A DNA stretch of 61,774 bases, counting the filler, from Bdellovibrionota bacterium (GTDB lineage Bacteria > Bdellovibrionota > Bdellovibrionia > Bdellovibrionales > JAEYZS01): NCBI GenBank assembly GCA_963169515.1. It is 5 parts of 5 records of this genome, joined end to end, with 100 filler letters (N's around TTAATTAATTAA, not from the genome) between each part and the next. Parts side by side here need not be neighbours in the genome. Positions count along the whole stretch, not along the records: positions 27,501 to 53,971 come from CAUJEF010000137.1; 4 more parts are not named here. One strand, written 5' to 3'. Made by a program: the position numbers and the translations under genes. Below are positions 38,101-48,823 of the stretch, in pieces. Numbering within the stretch: position 1 is the first letter of the stretch; every line of letters starts with the position of its first letter. The notes below the pieces were generated by a model. It was given only the letters and a program-made list of their open reading frames with translations. It was not told where the DNA came from and made no database searches.

Positions 38101-39957
38101 TTAATAATCATATCGTCCGCTTATTTTCAAATAAACTGGCCATTCACGATCACCCAGCAAGTTTTCGCCTTTTGCATTTAGCACTTCAACATGAGTATTC
38201 AACCAACGAGTAAGTCGTTGCGATTCAAATTCGTCTACAGGAGAAGAAACGTCAACGCCATGGAAGGCCGCGATGGGAACATCCACTGATTCTTTGTAAA
38301 AACATTCTCGTGGAGCTGTATTATACTTATAGATTTTGCAGTAACGATCTTTGGTCGGATCAAAAATTGTAAATTTTAAATGAACGTAATCTTTCTTTTT
38401 AAGCGCTTGGAACTCTACGTTGGACTGAAGGTTGTTTTTGTTAAGGTGTTTGCTTAACGGATACTTTTTGTACCTCAAGTAATTCTTCAAATTTACCTGA
38501 ACAGTGTCATTGAGCCCGTCCACATTCTTAGAATGGGAAAGAAAATAGGTTCGGAACAAAGAAGATATCGTAGGCCATCCGCTTGAAATCGCAGCCGCGC
38601 AGTGATTCCCTTTTTGAAACTTAACAACCCCCAAATTGGGGTTCGGTGAATTTTTAAGTTTTTCGAGCAATGTATTTGAATTCAAATTTGGCAACACTAA
38701 ATAATCATCTCCAGAATAGGCGACCATTGTTGGTGTAGAAACCTTATCGGCCTGATCGACAAATTGAGATAGATTCCATAGGTCTTCGGGTTTTCGTATT
38801 TTGAATTCGCTAAATGGAGGATAAGTCCATTCATCGTACTGTGAAATCGCGCGATAGTGACGGAAGCTCATTTCCTTCACAGCCACCCTCATCGTTTCAC
38901 GAGACCAATTTTCGTTCTTTTTTAGAACTTGCCCCAGAACTGGAACATAGTCGTAGACCTCTTTGAAAAGTTTTTTAGTGAGCATATTATAGTAAACTCC
39001 ACGAAGCGTATTATCGAACACACTGTCCATAGTCGGCCCCAGATTATTTACAGGACAGAACGCCATAACGCTTTCAATGGCTTTTTCCTTGAGAAATGAA
39101 TTGTATAACGATGAGTAAAGCGCCCCGTGACCACCCAGGCTGATTCCAAGAACATGAATTTCAGAAACGATATCTTTAAATGGAGCATCGTTTTTTATCA
39201 TACGCGCTATTTCGATTAGATTTCTGCCTTCATCGAGCCCCCCCAATGTAAGCATTCCATTATCCATCATAAAATCTTTTCCAGTTACACTGCCGATAAA
39301 TAAAACATTGAACGGTGATTCATCAAAAAGTTGCATGATAATATTTCGCGCCGACGGGCCGTCGTCAGCGTTATTGTGCACTCCAGATTGAATCAAAATC
39401 AATGGGCGTTTTTCCCCATCCCTCTTTAGCCCCAAGATACCGCGCAAAATATAACCGTTGGATAAATTGATTTTTACTTTCGTCAAATTTTCATTGTCTC
39501 GCATTGAGTATTTTGTCAGGGCATAATTAAGAAGCACGGTAAATTTATCACCCGCGTACCGAGAAAGCTGAGGCTCACACTTATTAACCCAGCCCTGAAA
39601 ATCTTCAGCTTGCTTTTGATTTGTTATCCCTGGATGGCTTAAAATCTTTTCTACTTGTGAAAAATGACATGCTTTTGTGATGTTTGCTTTATACGCGCCA
39701 CTAGGCACCCAACTGATAAGCTTTGTGAGCCAAGAGGATTTATCATTGTCATGGCCAGATAAATTTTCATTTGTAAATGGCGGCGTAAAAACGCTGGGTT
39801 CAACTTCTGTTTTCGTTTCCTCTATATTTGTGTAAACCTTAAAGTCCTTAAAGCTCAAGTCTTCGCGAACCAGCCTTTCGTCATCTCGGTCCATAGGCGC
39901 ACAGCCCACAAAGGTCAGGCTTAGTAGCAAAATTTTTAGATGTTTTTCATATCGCAT
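38101..39957 (-). CDS. Alpha/beta hydrolase-fold lipoprotein
   Basis: Lipobox FVGC, GISLGG nucleophile elbow, DDYLV, GNHC. Confidence 0.8.
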   Translation of the reverse strand: MRYEKHLKILLLSLTFVGCAPMDRDDERLVREDLSFKDFKVYTNIEETKTEVEPSVFTPPFTNENLSGHDNDKSSWLTKLISWVPSGAYKANITKACHFSQVEKILSHPGITNQKQAEDFQGWVNKCEPQLSRYAGDKFTVLLNYALTKYSMRDNENLTKVKINLSNGYILRGILGLKRDGEKRPLILIQSGVHNNADDGPSARNIIMQLFDESPFNVLFIGSVTGKDFMMDNGMLTLGGLDEGRNLIEIARMIKNDAPFKDIVSEIHVLGISLGGHGALYSSLYNSFLKEKAIESVMAFCPVNNLGPTMDSVFDNTLRGVYYNMLTKKLFKEVYDYVPVLGQVLKKNENWSRETMRVAVKEMSFRHYRAISQYDEWTYPPFSEFKIRKPEDLWNLSQFVDQADKVSTPTMVAYSGDDYLVLPNLNSNTLLEKLKNSPNPNLGVVKFQKGNHCAAAISSGWPTISSLFRTYFLSHSKNVDGLNDTVQVNLKNYLRYKKYPLSKHLNKNNLQSNVEFQALKKKDYVHLKFTIFDPTKDRYCKIYKYNTAPRECFYKESVDVPIAAFHGVDVSSPVDEFESQRLTRWLNTHVEVLNAKGENLLGDREWPVYLKISGRYDY

Positions 39958-40105
39958 GACCTTTGGATCGGGATCAAAGGTCTTGGAATTTAGGACTGAA
40001 GGCGTGAATCTGGACGAACGAACCGTCCAGTTTGGCTTGGCTTTTAGCTAGCTCTTTATAAGAACAAGAAACAGGATGTTTGTCTTGCCTGTAACATAAT
40101 CTTAA

Positions 40106-41113
40106 TTACCGCTCAATACCAGTTGCCATACGCACTCTTTTCAAAACTTCTTGTGCAATCGTACGCGCCCGTTTCGCACCATCCGCCAAAATAGCATCCA
40201 GTTTTGATTGATCAGACATCAGAAGGTTATAGGTTTCTCGTGGGGTTTTCAAATTTTCTTCCAGAACTTCGTAGAGTGCCAATTTTGCTTCTCCCCACCC
40301 GATCCCAGACGCATATCGCTTTTTAAAAATCTCAATCTGTTCTGGTTTTGCAAAATGCTGATACAACGTAAATATTAATGAGTCTTCTGTGTTTTTTGGA
40401 GCTTCAGGTGGAAGTGAATCAGTCTTGATTTTCATTACGATTTTTTTTAATTTATTTGTATCACAAAATGCAGGTATCGTGTTGTCATAGCTCTTACTCA
40501 TTTTGCGCCCATCCAGCCCCGGAATGACAGCCGCATTTTTTTGAACAAATCCCGTTGGGATTTTTAAAATAGCCTTTTTGTAATTGTGATTTATTTTCTG
40601 TGCAATATCGCGCGCAATTTCGATGTGTTGCATTTGATCTTCACCAACTGGAACCATATCGCTATCAAATGACAAAATATCACTCGCCATCAAAATCGGA
40701 TAAGTATAAATGCCAGCGGTGACGTTAGAGTCAACGTCTTGCTCGCCCCTTTCTTGATTTTGCTGAAGGATGGCTTTGTACGCATGAGCACGATTCATCA
40801 AACCCTTTGGGGAAAAACACGCCAAAATCCAGGCAAGCTCAAAAATTTCAGGAACATCGGACTGGCGATACAAAATCGTATGCTTGGTGTCCAGACCAAA
40901 GGCAATCCATGTTGCCGCGACATCATATACCATTTGGTTTAGTTTTTTAGCTTCGTGTACGGTTGTGAGGGCATGATAATCGGCAACAAAAAACAATGAG
41001 CGGTTGGCTTTGTCGTTCGCGAGCTCCAGAGCCGGACGAATGGCGCCGATATAGTTCCCAATATGGACTTCACCGGTTGGCTTTACTCCTGTAAGAATTG
41101 TCTTCAAATGCAA
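40106..41113 (-). CDS. trpS: Tryptophan--tRNA ligase
   Basis: TGVKPTGEVHIGN, VPVGEDQ, KMSKS. Confidence 0.96.
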   Translation of the reverse strand: MHLKTILTGVKPTGEVHIGNYIGAIRPALELANDKANRSLFFVADYHALTTVHEAKKLNQMVYDVAATWIAFGLDTKHTILYRQSDVPEIFELAWILACFSPKGLMNRAHAYKAILQQNQERGEQDVDSNVTAGIYTYPILMASDILSFDSDMVPVGEDQMQHIEIARDIAQKINHNYKKAILKIPTGFVQKNAAVIPGLDGRKMSKSYDNTIPAFCDTNKLKKIVMKIKTDSLPPEAPKNTEDSLIFTLYQHFAKPEQIEIFKKRYASGIGWGEAKLALYEVLEENLKTPRETYNLLMSDQSKLDAILADGAKRARTIAQEVLKRVRMATGIER

Positions 41114-41212
41114 CCTCTTTTTTACCCCTTTGATCGACAGTCAATTGTAATTCCTGGCCCTACGGCCAGTCAATCCAGTATCCAATTTAAAACTGAAAAA
41201 ACCGATACAAAA

Positions 41213-42205
41213 ATGATGAGCAATGCCCCTGTTAAACTGGATAATATGGTCGCCGTTCCCTTAGAAAGTTTCTTTCAGGGACTCAAAGCCGACGTAGACG
41301 TGTATATACGACTCGCTGACGAAAAGTTTGTCTTGTTGATTCGCTCAAACGAATCTTTTGACCATGAGCAATTAAAGCGTTACCAAATCAAAAATCTAAC
41401 CCATCTGCATATCAGAAAAGAAGACTACTCAGTCTTTATCAAACGACAAATCATCATTGCCGGAATTGTAGTCGATCACGAACAAATCAGTAACAAGAAA
41501 AAAACCGAAGTGCTTACTCATACAGCAAGTGATATTTACAAAGAAATCGCAGAACTGGGTATTAACGAAGAGACCTATCACAACGCTAAACAGATCACCC
41601 AGCACATTGCCAATTTTATTGAGACTCAAGAACGTCTGACTAAAATTTTTGAAAGCCTAAGCCAGCTCTCAGACGAGATCGTAAAGCACTCTATTGCAAC
41701 AAGCTTATTTTCAACAATGATTGCCAAACAACTGGGGTGGACGCGAAGAGAAACTCTGGAAAAAATCAATCTAGGGGCGTTCCTGCACGACATAGGGAAA
41801 AAGGAGCTTCCTCCTGAGCTTTTGAAAAAATCACGCGATCAAATGAGCCGCGATGAAGTTAAGGAATACGAAAGCCATCCTTATCGCGGAATGATGATCC
41901 TCAATTCCATGAACACTGTCCCGCAAGACATTGTGTCGATCGTATACGAACACCATGAAAACTCGTTCGGTCAAGGTTTTCCACGACGTCTAAAAGACAT
42001 GAATATTCATCCGCTAGCCAAAGTGGTCTCTATCGCAAATACATTTGCAAATTTGACAATAAAATCTCACGCAAATCCAACCCCTAAAAAAGCACCCGAT
42101 GCCATCGTCTACATTGAATTGACTATGGGCCAACCATTCAGTAAGGAATCTTTCGAAGCATTAAAAGCTATCGTATTCAGCACCAAACAAAAGCAATCAG
42201 CTTAA
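41213..42205 (+). CDS. HD-GYP domain protein (c-di-GMP phosphodiesterase-like)
   Basis: LHDIGK, HHE..GQGFP. Confidence 0.85.
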   Translation: MMSNAPVKLDNMVAVPLESFFQGLKADVDVYIRLADEKFVLLIRSNESFDHEQLKRYQIKNLTHLHIRKEDYSVFIKRQIIIAGIVVDHEQISNKKKTEVLTHTASDIYKEIAELGINEETYHNAKQITQHIANFIETQERLTKIFESLSQLSDEIVKHSIATSLFSTMIAKQLGWTRRETLEKINLGAFLHDIGKKELPPELLKKSRDQMSRDEVKEYESHPYRGMMILNSMNTVPQDIVSIVYEHHENSFGQGFPRRLKDMNIHPLAKVVSIANTFANLTIKSHANPTPKKAPDAIVYIELTMGQPFSKESFEALKAIVFSTKQKQSA

Positions 42206-42219
42206 GAGAATCCTCCATC

Positions 42220-43086
42220 ATGAACACCGCAGGCCTTGTCTTTACAGTTTCAAGTTTCCTAATTTGGGGGCTAGTACCGATCTACTGGAAACTTCTTAAG
42301 GGCACCTCGGCATTCTTGATTGTGAATCACCGCGCAGTTTGGACTGCGACCATTCTTCTTATCTTTCTTGGTGTTCGAAAAAAAATTCCTTCTTTGATAG
42401 AGACATTCAAAGACCGGAAAAAAATTCTTTCCCTACTGCTTTCCACCGCTTGTATCAGTACGAATTGGGGAATTTTTGTTTGGACCGTAAACGCCGATAA
42501 AATTTTAGACACCAGCTTAGGCTATTATATAAATCCATTACTCAATGTTCTTTTCGGAGCAACTATTTTGAAAGAAAAATTTTCAAAAATTCAATTTATC
42601 GCAATTCTTTCCGCCTCCATCGGGGTTTTGATAATGGCGTTTGCTCATGGTGATTTCCCATGGATTGCGCTTTCACTGGCCGGAACTTTTGGGTTGTATG
42701 GCCTGGTTCGAAAAATGATTCCAGTGTCATCTGACGTAGGGCTAACTACGGAATCTGTTGTTCTTTTTTTACCTGCGCTGATCTACATTTTTGGAATCAG
42801 CTCTGATTCAGGCTTCACAAGTGACGCTCGAATCGCAATGCTTTTAGTTGGCGGCGGGTTTATCACCACCATTCCACTATTACTGTATTTAGAGGGCGTA
42901 CGGCGTATCCCTTACTCTACGGTGGGTATATTACAGTTTTTGACTCCAACTACGACCTTTCTTATAGCCGTGTTTATTTACAAGGAATCTTTTGGTGCAA
43001 AACAACTCATTAGCTTCAGTTTTATATGGCTTGCTGTAATCATTTATATTATAGATATCAGTATTTTAAAAAGGACAAAGGCGTGA
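42220..43086 (+). CDS. rarD: EamA family transporter RarD
   Basis: WGLVPIYWK, SLGYYINPL, YGLVRK. Confidence 0.92.
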   Translation: MNTAGLVFTVSSFLIWGLVPIYWKLLKGTSAFLIVNHRAVWTATILLIFLGVRKKIPSLIETFKDRKKILSLLLSTACISTNWGIFVWTVNADKILDTSLGYYINPLLNVLFGATILKEKFSKIQFIAILSASIGVLIMAFAHGDFPWIALSLAGTFGLYGLVRKMIPVSSDVGLTTESVVLFLPALIYIFGISSDSGFTSDARIAMLLVGGGFITTIPLLLYLEGVRRIPYSTVGILQFLTPTTTFLIAVFIYKESFGAKQLISFSFIWLAVIIYIIDISILKRTKA

Positions 43087-43790
43087 TTTTAATATCGGTA
43101 GGACTCCTGTTCCTAGTCACTTTATTCTCAGGGTGGCTGCCACTTTTCACATATAAGAAAAAGCTAAATTTAGATCTTCTTATTTCGTTTTGCAGTGGTG
43201 CGATGATTGCCATGTCTTTTGTCCATATGCTACCAATGACATTCGAACAGCTGGGCTTGGATAGTGGTTATTATATCCTTACAGGGTTTTTGTTTGTTTA
43301 TTTATTAGAGAAGTTTTCTATGGTTCACCCTTGCCAAGAAGGAGACTGTACCACCCATCACTTGGGATTACCCGCATTCGTAGGCCTGTCTATTCATGGC
43401 ATCATTTCCGGTCTATCTGTCGGTGTGGCCTTGGTCTCAGCACAAAGTTTTTCCGAAGGTTTTCCAATCATATTTGCATTTATCTTACATAAAATCCCCG
43501 AAGCATTTATTTTAGCAACACTATTGATGCAAACACGGTTCAGTCAAAAAAATCGCTACTTTTTACTGCTTTTATTTTCCATGATTGCTCCACTCGGAGT
43601 TCTAATCTCAGATTACTCACTACACCACTTGGTTTCGACAGGACTAAATTTACTTCTCGGAGTTTCAACAGGGACATTTATTTACATCGCTTCAAGCGAT
43701 CTTCTCCCTAACATTCACGTTAGTGGCAAAAACCGCTGGCTCTATCTCATTGCATTTGTGGCAGGCGTTGTTGTGTTAGCAATGCTTTAA
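43083..43790 (+). CDS. ZIP family metal transporter
   Basis: HKIPEAF, GTFIYIASSDLLP; GTG start overlapping the rarD stop. Confidence 0.88.
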   Translation: MILISVGLLFLVTLFSGWLPLFTYKKKLNLDLLISFCSGAMIAMSFVHMLPMTFEQLGLDSGYYILTGFLFVYLLEKFSMVHPCQEGDCTTHHLGLPAFVGLSIHGIISGLSVGVALVSAQSFSEGFPIIFAFILHKIPEAFILATLLMQTRFSQKNRYFLLLLFSMIAPLGVLISDYSLHHLVSTGLNLLLGVSTGTFIYIASSDLLPNIHVSGKNRWLYLIAFVAGVVVLAML

Positions 43791-43859
43791 GAAATGGCCG
43801 GCCTTAGGCTATCATGGAGACGAAGCTCTGCGCTGCAGAAGCAATCGCGAGCCGCGCAT

Positions 43860-44996
43860 TTATTTATTTTTAATTTGGAACAAACGTCTTTTTACAGGAT
43901 TTTTTATGGCGGATTCTTCGGCCTTTTTGTATTTTATGAACTCTTTTTGAGTTTCATTTGGAAAAGTAGACTCAATGTACGGAACAAATATTGAGCTAAA
44001 CACATTGAAACGAGGGTTTTCCTCTGGTTCGCTCCACTGGGAATTCTCAAGCAGAATACTGGAATGTCGTAGCTCTGGTGTCACAATAAAATTCACATCA
44101 GGAATTTTGTGCTTTCCGCCGCCCCCCGCTCCGCTGTAAATTATAATTTTTTTTGGACCCTTAAGATAATTCTGAACATAATCCAAAGCATAGTCGACGT
44201 CGATGGTATTATCATACTCTGTCACAGCAAGAAAGATCGGCAATTCTTCTGCTGGACGATTTTTGTCTTTAAATTCTTGAAGCTTTTTGCCCAACAGAAC
44301 AGCCTCATAGGACCCCTCTGCAGAAATTTTTTGATATCGAACTCCGTAGCCATAATTCTTATTTCCACCGTAAATTCTATGTAGTGGAGAACTAAAGAAT
44401 GCGGCAAACTTGACCTTGGCAACAAATCTTCTATGCAACTTGAACGCCGGCGACACTAAAAGCAAACCAGCAAAGTCTTCTATCTTTTGAAAAACAGCAT
44501 AGGTTGCCAGTGCCCCGCCCAATGAAAAACCACCAATGTAAATTTTCTCTCCGAACTTTTTTGCCTCTTCGATAGCCCAAGGGACATCTCCGCGGTGCTT
44601 GCCTCCGCCGATCCAATCACTGAGTTGAGTAAAATTATTATTCAAATGTTCCGCACACGTTCCATGGCCTGTCAGTCGCGGGATCATTACATTCATGCCA
44701 GCTTTGAATAACTGATAGCCGATATCTTTCAAAAAATAAGGAGAATCACTGAGACCATGGAATAAGACCGCAACGTATTCTGTCTTTTTACCATGATTGA
44801 ATTCAACGGGAAGATCGGCGTTTTCATTGGTCGGCCTTGTACAGTTTTCAAAATTATCACGGCCACAAATTGTTCTAGATGACCATGATGTCTCTGCCGT
44901 CGTAATGTGTGTGTTTTTTACGCAATCCGAATCATTCAAAGCGCCAAATACCGGGGGAAAAATCAATAAAATCAATAAAATGCCTAGTCGATGCAC
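43860..44996 (-). CDS. Secreted alpha/beta hydrolase (esterase/lipase)
   Basis: HGLSDSP, GFSLGG; GTG start with GGAGG RBS. Confidence 0.85.
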   Translation of the reverse strand: MHRLGILLILLIFPPVFGALNDSDCVKNTHITTAETSWSSRTICGRDNFENCTRPTNENADLPVEFNHGKKTEYVAVLFHGLSDSPYFLKDIGYQLFKAGMNVMIPRLTGHGTCAEHLNNNFTQLSDWIGGGKHRGDVPWAIEEAKKFGEKIYIGGFSLGGALATYAVFQKIEDFAGLLLVSPAFKLHRRFVAKVKFAAFFSSPLHRIYGGNKNYGYGVRYQKISAEGSYEAVLLGKKLQEFKDKNRPAEELPIFLAVTEYDNTIDVDYALDYVQNYLKGPKKIIIYSGAGGGGKHKIPDVNFIVTPELRHSSILLENSQWSEPEENPRFNVFSSIFVPYIESTFPNETQKEFIKYKKAEESAIKNPVKRRLFQIKNK

Positions 44997-45103
44997 GTCG
45001 CCTCCGCGATCAGCCGTTTGCCCATTTATTAGACTTTTCCCTCTTGGACGGGTCAAGTCAATTAGATGCCAATAAAATTCTAATATCAAATGATTTTTTG
45101 AGG

Positions 45104-45808
45104 CTAGTTAAACATTGCTTTAACAGTTTGTACCCGGACATTGTAATTTGAGATTTGTTCTTGAAGACCTTTTTCATTTGCTACAGAAGTTTTATCCCCA
45201 TCTTTGAGAGGCTTCCCCTTGGCGATCTTTTCCACCATGTCTTCGTTCGCTTTGACAAGCTCGGCTGGGACCAGCTTTTCCCTTCCAAAAAAAGAGCCAT
45301 CCATTTCATAACAACGCTTGCGAAGATCGCTCTTTACGACCTTTTTTGCTTTCAACGATTCCAGAGCGTCTTCATAAAACGCTTTTTGACAGGTATAAAC
45401 CGCGCCAATATTGGTTTCGAACATTTTTTTCGCTTCGGACGTCGCGAATAGATTTGAGTAACGTGCGAACAAGTCGTCCTTCATTTGGACAGTAACTTGA
45501 GTTGGGTTTCCCAACCAATTATTTAACGTATTCAAAAAATCCGCTTTCATTTTCTGCAAATCAGATGGGTCTGATGGTACCGCCGCATGGTTTGCCGCAG
45601 AAGACGTCCGTGATGCATTATAAACAATCAAATTTTGTCCCGTAAAATGAAGGGTAATAAGAAGCGCAAACCCGACCGGGAGATAGATAGGAAAATTCGA
45701 ATTTGCATAAGCTCTTTTTAGAAAAAACCATGCACAAAAGCACAAAAATAAACAAAGCCCAAAGTAGATTGCCACCGACGGCAACATAAACTTAAGTTGT
45801 GACCACAT
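45104..45808 (-). CDS. Membrane-anchored hypothetical protein
   Basis: Two N-terminal TM helices and a helical soluble domain. Confidence 0.7.
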   Translation of the reverse strand: MWSQLKFMLPSVAIYFGLCLFLCFCAWFFLKRAYANSNFPIYLPVGFALLITLHFTGQNLIVYNASRTSSAANHAAVPSDPSDLQKMKADFLNTLNNWLGNPTQVTVQMKDDLFARYSNLFATSEAKKMFETNIGAVYTCQKAFYEDALESLKAKKVVKSDLRKRCYEMDGSFFGREKLVPAELVKANEDMVEKIAKGKPLKDGDKTSVANEKGLQEQISNYNVRVQTVKAMFN

Positions 45809-45854
45809 AGCGCCCCCCTAATCCCCTTATGGTAACTCCATATTTTACGATTTT

Positions 45855-46535
45855 CTACTTTTTCTTACTTGTGGGATAGCCCGACCTTGGGTCGGCTTTT
45901 ACATCTGTGGTTTCAGCGGGTACCGGCTTTGACGGCTCTGTATGGATAGCAGATCCCGTTGCCTTGCGTACGGATTTCACATCCACTTTGCCTATCAAGT
46001 CCTGAATGCTGACTGCGCCGAAAATGCCGCTATCAAAACCGCCTGGCGGGTGGTTTGAAAATAGAAGTACTGTGTCTGAATCAAGTAAGCCATTGCTTGA
46101 TTTTTCGTACAGCGACAGTACAGGGCTCACTTCGGCTCCAAAAAAATAGGGCTCGTCACCAGCCTTTAAAATACGCCCCCCGATTTCAACATTCCATCTA
46201 TTCGTTGCACGAATCAGTTTGAACACTTCACCAGGAATTGCTCGGATTACTCTGGGAACTGGATCTCTTGTATTTGAAAACCTATAAAGAACCACATCAC
46301 CTTTTTCAACAGGGTGACATTTATACCAGTTCATCTCAACATCAAACTCCTGGCCATTTTCTATCAATCCCGCCATATTATCGTCAGAAGCCGCGAAAGT
46401 TTTTTTCTCTATATTACATTCGGTTTCAGTAATCAGATTGTGCTGAATGCTTTTCTTTTTAAAAAAAAGATCATAGGCCGAATAGCCCACAAGCAAAAGG
46501 CCGATGGTTAGTACCAAATAACCCACATATTTCAT
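45855..46535 (-). CDS. Signal peptidase I (S26)-like protein with degenerate active site
   Basis: One TM, GDVVLYR, RVIRAIPGE, DSGIFGAV..LIGKV boxes. Confidence 0.65.
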   Translation of the reverse strand: MKYVGYLVLTIGLLLVGYSAYDLFFKKKSIQHNLITETECNIEKKTFAASDDNMAGLIENGQEFDVEMNWYKCHPVEKGDVVLYRFSNTRDPVPRVIRAIPGEVFKLIRATNRWNVEIGGRILKAGDEPYFFGAEVSPVLSLYEKSSNGLLDSDTVLLFSNHPPGGFDSGIFGAVSIQDLIGKVDVKSVRKATGSAIHTEPSKPVPAETTDVKADPRSGYPTSKKK

Positions 46536-46690
46536 AGCTCCCCCAATCCCTAGATTCTAAGGGGAACTGTGATTATGAAGCAATCCATTCGAGCAAGAAA
46601 CCCTGCTTTTAATATGGTCACTGCCTTATAACAAAGCACAATGAAACTAAGGTCCAAGCCCCTTAAACAGGTACTGTTTTCCAAATTGAT

Positions 46691-46748
46691 TCAAATGATC
46701 ATTTGATTTTTTTAAATGTTTGTTTGAATTATTCAAATAAATATCTAA
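46691..46748. promoter_or_regulatory. Three phased 16-bp TetR operator candidates
   Basis: TCAAATGATCATTTGA (perfect palindrome), TTAAATGTTTGTTTGA and TCAAATAAATATCTAA at 46691, 46712, 46733. Confidence 0.6.
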
Positions 46749-46785
46749 ACTGGCTAACGCACACAAACAAACTGAGGACTATCGT

Positions 46786-47421
46786 ATGAAAACAGAAGCT
46801 ACCGCAAAAGGCGGCGACCGAACCCGGGATCAGCTCCTTGAGGCCGCGACCTTTCTGTTTGCAAAGCAAGGCTTTTCCGGAACAAGCGTAAAGAAAATCG
46901 CTGAGCGCGCCAAAGCAAATATCAGCCTTGTTAGTTACCATTTCGGCGGCAAGGAAGGTATTTATCGCGAGTGTTTGCTGCCATACATTGAAAGCAAACT
47001 AGAGTTTTTAAAAACAAAAATGCAAACGCCAGCAACGCTCTCGGAATTCAAGCTGTGCATGAAGATTTTTTTAGAAGCCATGATCGACGAAGAAATCAGA
47101 AATTTGGATACCGGCTGCATTATCCGTCGTGAAATCGAAACCGATGATCCGATTGCAATGGAAATTTTTAAAAAATCAATTCAAAAACTGTTTGAAACTT
47201 TTGTAGGGTTTATCAAACAAGCCCAAGACGCAAACTTTATCCGTAATGACCTTCCACCACGAACCGTTAGCGTTTTCTTGATGGGCGGAGTACAATACGC
47301 CCTGCGCACAGATAAACTGAGAAAAAAACTTTATAGCGAAAGTATCGTGGACCCTCAAATCCGCGATGAATTTATCAATACGACCTTAGAAATTTTTTTC
47401 CATGGAATGGAGCCCAGATAA
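46786..47421 (+). CDS. TetR/AcrR family regulator
   Basis: LFAKQGFSGTSVKKIAERAKANISLVSYHFGGKEG. Confidence 0.93.
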   Translation: MKTEATAKGGDRTRDQLLEAATFLFAKQGFSGTSVKKIAERAKANISLVSYHFGGKEGIYRECLLPYIESKLEFLKTKMQTPATLSEFKLCMKIFLEAMIDEEIRNLDTGCIIRREIETDDPIAMEIFKKSIQKLFETFVGFIKQAQDANFIRNDLPPRTVSVFLMGGVQYALRTDKLRKKLYSESIVDPQIRDEFINTTLEIFFHGMEPR

Positions 47422-47425
47422 AACT

Positions 47426-48823
47426 ATGAATTTCATTATAGCCATCCTTACAATCATATCAGCACAGGCAAAAGATCTCACAATTGACAATTTTCTGACT
47501 CAAGTTCAGGCAAATCATGCGGGCTTCAAAGCATCCCAAACAGCGCAAGAAGGTGCTGATCTTCGATCGAAAGGGGCCGCTCTCCTTACCTTGCCACAAT
47601 TAGAATTGACCGCTCAAACCGGCGTCGATGAAAGGCCGCCATCCAATATCGCACTCGGTGACTATAAAAGCAGTCAAGCTGCACAGATTGCGATTAGCGA
47701 ACAAACTTCTTTTGGGACAAAAGCAAAGCTAAAATACGATTGGATGTTTCAAAACACAGAACACGCAAGCGGTTCGTTTTTGCCTGTTCCGGAATACTAT
47801 ACCGCATCCCCGTCAATTGAAATATCACAATCGCTATGGAGGAACGGATTTGGCAGCGAAACGCGTGCGCAGAAAAATGCAATCCAAGCCGAAGCCAAGT
47901 CCAAGCATTTCGAAGAAAATTTCAAAGCCAAAACCTACATGATGGAGGCTAAGAATGTTTTTTTGAACTTGTACTTCACACGCCAGACAATGGCCGCAAT
48001 TCAGGAAAGCTTAAATCTATCTGGAAAACTTAAACAATGGGCGCAGGGGCGCGCGTCGACTAATCTTGGAGACCGTTCTGACTTTTTACAGACCAAAACT
48101 GTTTATGAATCACGGCAATTAGATTTAAGCAGGGCTCAGCTTGAGGAAAAGACTTTGTCTCGATATTTTAATTCTCTCCGTGGAGTTGACTCTGACACCG
48201 TGACAGAACAGTTAGCCCGCCCACAAGTTTACTTCTATAAAAAAGAAAATTTAGATGAATCAAAATACCGTGACGACGTTAAGTCTGCAATTGAGGGCTT
48301 AAAAGCCGCTAAATCTGAAAGCCTTATCAATAAAGAGAGCAACAAGCCGACTCTTGATATATACGGAAGCTATTCTCTTAACGGCCTGGATATTGAGTCC
48401 CAGAAAGCCATCAGCTCTTCGTTTGAATCCAACCACCCTGCATACGCTGTTGGAATTCGCTTTTCAATGCCACTCGCACTTGAGAAATCTTCAGATGTAC
48501 GCATGGGATATGAAAAGGAAGCCTTAGCAGCTGACCTCTATTTGCAACGAAAATATTTAGAACAAGAACGGGACTTTAAAAGCCTTCAATCAAAAATTGA
48601 TAACACCTTGGAACGCATGAGGCTTGCAAAAACTTTGGAAGCCTCCCAAAAAGAAAAACTTGAAGCAGAAAAAAAGCGGCATGCAAAGGGAAGAACGACG
48701 TTGTTCCAAGTTTTACAATTCGAACAAGAATACGTCGATTCACAGCTAAATATGATAAAAACTGAAAGCGATTACCACACTCTTATGAATGAACTTCAAC
48801 TCTATAAAGGTGGCAGCCTATGA
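47426..48823 (+). CDS. TolC family outer-membrane efflux protein
   Basis: Signal peptide, duplicated OEP architecture, GRTTLFQVL; upstream of the RND gene. Confidence 0.85.
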   Translation: MNFIIAILTIISAQAKDLTIDNFLTQVQANHAGFKASQTAQEGADLRSKGAALLTLPQLELTAQTGVDERPPSNIALGDYKSSQAAQIAISEQTSFGTKAKLKYDWMFQNTEHASGSFLPVPEYYTASPSIEISQSLWRNGFGSETRAQKNAIQAEAKSKHFEENFKAKTYMMEAKNVFLNLYFTRQTMAAIQESLNLSGKLKQWAQGRASTNLGDRSDFLQTKTVYESRQLDLSRAQLEEKTLSRYFNSLRGVDSDTVTEQLARPQVYFYKKENLDESKYRDDVKSAIEGLKAAKSESLINKESNKPTLDIYGSYSLNGLDIESQKAISSSFESNHPAYAVGIRFSMPLALEKSSDVRMGYEKEALAADLYLQRKYLEQERDFKSLQSKIDNTLERMRLAKTLEASQKEKLEAEKKRHAKGRTTLFQVLQFEQEYVDSQLNMIKTESDYHTLMNELQLYKGGSL

